From positions 1 through 29,119 of the IMG/VR virus record IMGVR_UViG_3300012894_000125: a stretch of DNA of 29,119 bases, one strand, 5' to 3'. How positions within the stretch are numbered: position 1 is the stretch's first letter; every line of letters starts with the position of its first letter. Shown one piece after another: positions 24,828 to 29,119 of the stretch. The stretch is from a virus. Lineage: Duplodnaviria > Caudoviricetes. The translations under genes and the position numbers were made by a program. The notes beneath the pieces were generated by a model that was given only the letters and a program-made list of their open reading frames with translations, had not been told where the DNA came from and did not search any database.

Positions 24828-27800
24828 ATGGCTTACATTCTGTTGCGGCGCGTTCTTATTTCCAACCCCGACAGCACGGGCCTGGCCTACGTGGCCACTA
24901 CCGACTACTGGGACACGACCGCCCGCACGTACTACCACACCCAAGAGCCCACGGCGACTAATAACCCGTTCGACCTGGCTACCACCACGGAGGTGCAGCG
25001 GGTCGCGCTCGGGACCAGTGGCGGCTACAAAGCCTTTTACTACGCGGGCAACGGGCAGGTGCGCACCACCCGCGTAGCAGGCACCGGGGCGGGCGGTGGG
25101 GGTGGCAGTACTACCTGCACGCTTACCACGCCCCTGATTGACCCCAACCCCGGCGAAACCACGGCGCCCGGCACCAGCGAGGCCGCCACCGACATCACGG
25201 CCATGCTCGGGGCGCCGCCCTACCATCTCGTGGTGAGTGGGCCCAACAGTTACACGAAGAGCGCGACGGCGCACGATGCCATCTACCCCCTCCGCTTCTA
25301 CAACCTGGCGGAGGGCGGCTACACGGTGGCCATCACCGACGCGCTGGGCTGCCAGGCCAGCGGCAGCTTCCGCATCACGGCCGGCAACGGCATTCCCTAC
25401 GGGCGCGTTATTCAGGAGGACTACTACGGCGATGCCGACAGCGGCACGGGTACGCGCCTTATCTGGAATACCAACACCCTGGCGGTGGAAAGCCACACCT
25501 ACCAAGGTGGAGGCCAGGACGGCTACCACAACGAGCGCCAGAAGGGGGACGTACTCGACGGCTTTTTTCTGACCGATGGCGTCACGTTTCGCACGGTCTA
25601 CGCCGACGGCAACAGCTCGGTCTACTTCAGCGACGTGCACACCACCCAGGCCGCGACGGCGGCCGCCAAGCTGGAGTTGGACAACCTGATTTTGTTCAAC
25701 CCCGACAGCAGCGCCGAGCAAAACGGCGGGGTGCTGGTAGAAGTGAATGCCACGGCCCTGCCCATCACGTTCTCGCTGGCTGGCCACGCTGACAATACCA
25801 CCGGCAGCTTCGACGGCCTGGCCGCTGGCTCCTACACCGTGACCGTGACCGATGCGGCCGGCAAGACCCTAGCGGTGCCGTTCTCGCTCAAGCTGCGCTA
25901 CGGCCGGCGCTGGCAGCTCGCTTTCAGCGACCCGGCCGGCGTGGCCTGCCGCCTGGAGCTGTGGCTGCGCGACTACACCGGGGCCGTGGAGGCCATTACG
26001 GGCAGCGGTAGCAACCCGGTGGTACTCAAGTCCGATGGCCTGAGCGGCAGCCTGGGCGGGCAGGGCGACCTGCCGGCCGTGGTGGGCACGGCCTGCGAAC
26101 TGAGCCTGCTGGTGCTGCCTGGCACCCTGGAGCAGGTAGTGGTCAACGATGACCGGGCCTGCCGCTGCGACGTGTACTACGACGACAAGCTGCAATTCCG
26201 CGGCTACGTGCAGCCCGACATCTACCACGAGCCCCTGCTGGGCGGGCTGCTGCCCGTCACGCTCACAGCCACCGATGGGCTGGCGGGGCTGAAGGACACC
26301 TCTTTCCTGGGCCACATCGGCCAGCGCCTGCAAGGCCGCCGGCCCTGGCTTAATACCCTGCTCTGCGCCCTGAGCCGCTGCGGGGTAGCCGTGCCCCTGC
26401 GCCTGTTTGTGAACCGGCGCAGCACCGACATGAGCGACGCCGATGCGCCCGAATTGCTGGCGACCACCGAGCGCGCCGGCTACTGGGACAGCAGCAAAAA
26501 GGAGCCCCTCGACGACCGCACGGTAGTGGAGGGGCTGGCGCAGGCCCTGGGCGGCACGCTCTGCCAGCGCGCCGGCCAGTGGCAGGTGCGCAGCCCGCTG
26601 GAGATGCTGGCAGAGGCGCCCGGCCGGGCCTACCTGCCCGCCGGCACGGGACAGCCAGCGGTCAAGGCCAGCGCCCCCGCCGGCACCCTTATGCCGCGGT
26701 CGCTGGAGCGTGGGTGGGGCTGGGTCACGGCCGCCCAGCAGCAGCAGCTGCGCCCTGGCTGGAAGTCGCTGGCCGGCACCACCGACGCCGGCTGGCGTAA
26801 GAACGCCTTTCCGGCGGGCGACGCCTTCTCGGACGCCAACAGCTGGCTAGAGGATGGCAGCCAGCTGCGCCCCATCGCCGGCTGGCAGCCGGGCGGCACC
26901 TTCCCGCTCGTACTCGTGCGGGCCGGCGACAAGGGCGACGCCTACGCCACGCAGCTGCCGCGCAGCGCCACCTACAACGGGGCCGAAACGGCCCGCTACC
27001 TCGACAGCCCGACCCTGCCCCTGGTGGCGGCGCCCGAGGCCTGCCCCGCTTACTTGACCATCAGCGGCAAGCTCATTCCGGCCGACTACCTGCAAACGGG
27101 AGTCTACCCCGCCGTGGCGGGTACAGCTAAGAAGGCTTACCTGCGCTACGAGGTGCTGGTAGATGGCCAGCCCCCCGCGGCGCCGGCCGTGGCCACCTTC
27201 GAGCTGGCCGCCAATCTCACGGCCAAGGACACCGTCATGACCGTGCCGCTGCCGGACATGCCCGCCGGCACCACGGCCGCCGTGCTGCGCCTCTACCCCT
27301 GGTACGCCGACAATGCCGACCTGCTCACCACGGCCCGGCGCTACGACCCCAACGACAGCCAGGGCATTGACCTGGGCGACGTGCTCAAGCACGACTTTGG
27401 CACGGGGGTGTATCGCTTGTTCCAGTCGAAGGCCATCATGGCGCCGCATTACTTTGTTGCTCCCACGGGCCAGGCCAACGACCCCTACTTTCAGGAGCTA
27501 CCGGCCAACAACTCCAGTAGTGGCCGGCTGCTGCTTACTTCCGTTGCCATCGAGCTGCGCCCTCAGCAAGCTACCTGGGACGCGGCCGACAACTTCCGCG
27601 CCGACGGGCCAGCCGGCACGGTGCGCCCCACCGAGGCCCTGGCCGTGTACCACCCCGACGTACCGCTGGCCGCCGGTCTTTTCGCCGGCAACCGCCACGC
27701 CTTCAGCAAGGCCGTGGCCCTGGTTGATGGTACCCCCACGACGGCCTGGGCGCGCAAAATCGACAAGCAGCCGGCGCCTCTCTTCGAGGCCAACGTCTAC

Positions 27801-28133
27801 GACGCGCTGGCCCTGCGCCAGGGGCCGAGCCGGCTGCTGACCGGCGTGCTCAAGCACGATGGCCTGGGCCCGCCCTACCTGCTCGACAGCCTCGACACGC
27901 CCTTCGACGTGCCGGGCCGCCGCTTTGCCGTGGGCGCCACAGCCTGGAGCCTGCGGCTGGCCCGCAGCGAGGTGTCGCTCGTCGAGGTGGGGCCCGGCGC
28001 CGACATTCACGACCCGCTGCTCGACCAGCCCGAGGGGGTGCGCATCACCCACCAGGCCTATCCCTACGCCCTGAACCGCTACAGCCACTATGCCCGGCGC
28101 GTGCACGGGGGCGGCGTGCGCGTGCGGCACTAG
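24828..28133 (+). CDS. large tail tip/hub protein with N-terminal SprB/Ig-like repeats
   Basis: Follows TMP. NLAEGGYTVAITDALGC and GLAAGSYTVTVTDAAG repeats, hub-like F.GY...D.Y.E and L.ATDGLA.LK. Confidence 0.8.
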   Translation: MAYILLRRVLISNPDSTGLAYVATTDYWDTTARTYYHTQEPTATNNPFDLATTTEVQRVALGTSGGYKAFYYAGNGQVRTTRVAGTGAGGGGGSTTCTLTTPLIDPNPGETTAPGTSEAATDITAMLGAPPYHLVVSGPNSYTKSATAHDAIYPLRFYNLAEGGYTVAITDALGCQASGSFRITAGNGIPYGRVIQEDYYGDADSGTGTRLIWNTNTLAVESHTYQGGGQDGYHNERQKGDVLDGFFLTDGVTFRTVYADGNSSVYFSDVHTTQAATAAAKLELDNLILFNPDSSAEQNGGVLVEVNATALPITFSLAGHADNTTGSFDGLAAGSYTVTVTDAAGKTLAVPFSLKLRYGRRWQLAFSDPAGVACRLELWLRDYTGAVEAITGSGSNPVVLKSDGLSGSLGGQGDLPAVVGTACELSLLVLPGTLEQVVVNDDRACRCDVYYDDKLQFRGYVQPDIYHEPLLGGLLPVTLTATDGLAGLKDTSFLGHIGQRLQGRRPWLNTLLCALSRCGVAVPLRLFVNRRSTDMSDADAPELLATTERAGYWDSSKKEPLDDRTVVEGLAQALGGTLCQRAGQWQVRSPLEMLAEAPGRAYLPAGTGQPAVKASAPAGTLMPRSLERGWGWVTAAQQQQLRPGWKSLAGTTDAGWRKNAFPAGDAFSDANSWLEDGSQLRPIAGWQPGGTFPLVLVRAGDKGDAYATQLPRSATYNGAETARYLDSPTLPLVAAPEACPAYLTISGKLIPADYLQTGVYPAVAGTAKKAYLRYEVLVDGQPPAAPAVATFELAANLTAKDTVMTVPLPDMPAGTTAAVLRLYPWYADNADLLTTARRYDPNDSQGIDLGDVLKHDFGTGVYRLFQSKAIMAPHYFVAPTGQANDPYFQELPANNSSSGRLLLTSVAIELRPQQATWDAADNFRADGPAGTVRPTEALAVYHPDVPLAAGLFAGNRHAFSKAVALVDGTPTTAWARKIDKQPAPLFEANVYDALALRQGPSRLLTGVLKHDGLGPPYLLDSLDTPFDVPGRRFAVGATAWSLRLARSEVSLVEVGPGADIHDPLLDQPEGVRITHQAYPYALNRYSHYARRVHGGGVRVRH

Positions 28134-28139
28134 GCAGCT

Positions 28140-28196
28140 TTCCCCCGTCTTCCCCCGCGCCGGGGCCAATGCGGCCTGAGGCGGGCCGGAACTTCG
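28140..28196 (+). promoter_or_regulatory. late-gene bipartite motif, copy 3
   Basis: TTCCCCCGTCTTCCCCCGC-N28-CGGAACTTCG, 4 nt before ATG 28201. Confidence 0.75.
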
Positions 28197-28200
28197 GGGC

Positions 28201-28704
28201 ATGGCAACGCAGGCATACTATATCTCCGACCTTCCCAGCGTGACGGCTCCCAAGACGGAGCTGCCGGGGGGCCTGCTGGAGGTGGAAACCAAAACGGGGC
28301 CCAATGGCAGTCTGCAAAACAAGCGCGTGACGCTGGAGCAGCTGGCGGCTTTTCTAGCCACGCTGGGCGTCAATGCCAACGACCTGCCGAGCCTCTATAA
28401 ATCGGTGGAGTTTCGCACCCGCGCCGAGCAGCAGCAGCTATTTCCGCAATACCCTAACGCCACCGCCATGAGCGAGCTGAAGGGCGACACGATGGCCCAG
28501 GGCACCACCATCTGGGTGAGTAACGACCCGGACGGCGTGCACTTCTACCGGGTGGTGTACGACCCCACCGACCCGCTGCGCGTCTGGACCGATGGCACGT
28601 TCGGCCAGAGCGGGCGCGGACTGATTAGCGCCAAGATAGTGCCGGTGGGCAGCGCGGCGGCCCCCCGCAATTTCTCGGACGGCTTCTCCAACGGCTTCAA
28701 TTAA
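28201..28704 (+). CDS. putative tail-associated structural protein
   Basis: ISDLP...NKRVTLEQL N-terminus and FSDGFSNGFN C-terminus. Confidence 0.75.
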   Translation: MATQAYYISDLPSVTAPKTELPGGLLEVETKTGPNGSLQNKRVTLEQLAAFLATLGVNANDLPSLYKSVEFRTRAEQQQLFPQYPNATAMSELKGDTMAQGTTIWVSNDPDGVHFYRVVYDPTDPLRVWTDGTFGQSGRGLISAKIVPVGSAAAPRNFSDGFSNGFN

Positions 28705-28711
28705 TAGCGCT

Positions 28712-29119
28712 ATGGCAGACCTGAACAGCGTCATCGACGCGCAACTACCCGACAATACCACCAGTAAGATTACCCCGTCCGTCCTGCGCGGCGTGCTGCA
28801 CCAGGTCGTCGGCCGCGGGCCCAACGAAGCGCCCAGCCTGCTCAAGGAAGTGCTGTGCATGACCCGCGCCGAGGCCCCAGCGCTGTACGGTGGCACGACC
28901 TTTCAGGACCTGAATTACCTCACCTGCTGCACCGGTACCATCGTGCAGGTAGAGTTTTACCGCGCCACCCCCACCAGCCCCGTCATTCACAACCAAAAGC
29001 TGGTGGCCGTGTACGACGGCAGCCCCACGCCGGCCGGCACCATCTACCGCACCGGCGCCTTCGCGCCCGGCGACACGGCCCCCGGCAAGTTCGTGCCGAT
29101 TGAGTCGGCCGAGGCCGCC
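28712..29119 (+). CDS. putative tail fibre-like protein, truncated by window edge (absent from ORF track)
   Basis: MADLNSVIDAQLPDNTTSKITPSVLRGVL..., open to the window end, starts 7 nt after the previous stop. Confidence 0.75.
   Translation, partial: MADLNSVIDAQLPDNTTSKITPSVLRGVLHQVVGRGPNEAPSLLKEVLCMTRAEAPALYGGTTFQDLNYLTCCTGTIVQVEFYRATPTSPVIHNQKLVAVYDGSPTPAGTIYRTGAFAPGDTAPGKFVPIESAEAA

Larger units (their letters stand above)
3629..29119. mobile_element. temperate siphovirus-type prophage (HK97-like head, cos packaging); both boundaries outside the window or undetermined
   Basis: Ordered immunity, replication, packaging, head, neck and tail modules. The 1-3480 cassette may also lie inside the prophage. 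Confidence 0.95.

Noticed and set aside
15044-28196. C-rich repeats as CRISPR repeats or G-quadruplexes
   Set aside because: The copies are kilobases apart, with only two long G-runs each.
5726-28996. Many long minus-strand and alternate-frame ORFs (e.g. 15063-16736, 16456-17928, 17096-18583, 21821-23173)
   Set aside because: Shadow frames of GC3-rich genes. They overlap well-supported CDSs and show no motifs.
1-29119. tRNA, rRNA, CRISPR array, IS element, integrase/att, lysis genes
   Set aside because: None recognisable by eye. The integrase and lysis cassette probably lie outside the window.

Overview
Most of the window (about 3.6-29.1 kb) is a GC-rich, HK97-fold, long-tailed (siphovirus-type) temperate prophage. 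TAnnTTTG-type promoters, pyrimidine/A-rich leaders without Shine-Dalgarno sites and high GC point to a Hymenobacter-like Bacteroidota host (inference). Gene order: S24 repressor/Cro switch, early genes (Xis-like HTH, ParB-like, ECF sigma, replication initiator, SF4 helicase), a secreted-protein moron, then AbrB-like, HNH, cos, TerS, TerL, portal, protease, capsid, neck, tube, chaperones, tape measure and tail genes, running off the right edge. No integrase, att site or lysis genes are visible. The first 3.5 kb is an AT-richer cassette of a C5 DNA methyltransferase converging on a MORC/GHKL ATPase plus a SAM-methyltransferase-like protein, a candidate defence module. The most striking observation is an uncalled 53-aa ORF (19979-20140). 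It fuses a hydrophobic N-terminal segment to a 20/29-identical copy of the tape measure C-terminus, conserved at protein level. Other patterns: a thrice-repeated bipartite late-gene motif, -AA C-termini on early proteins, a likely antisense sRNA, and a leader shared by the capsid and tube genes. All calls come from reading the sequence; no database searches were run.
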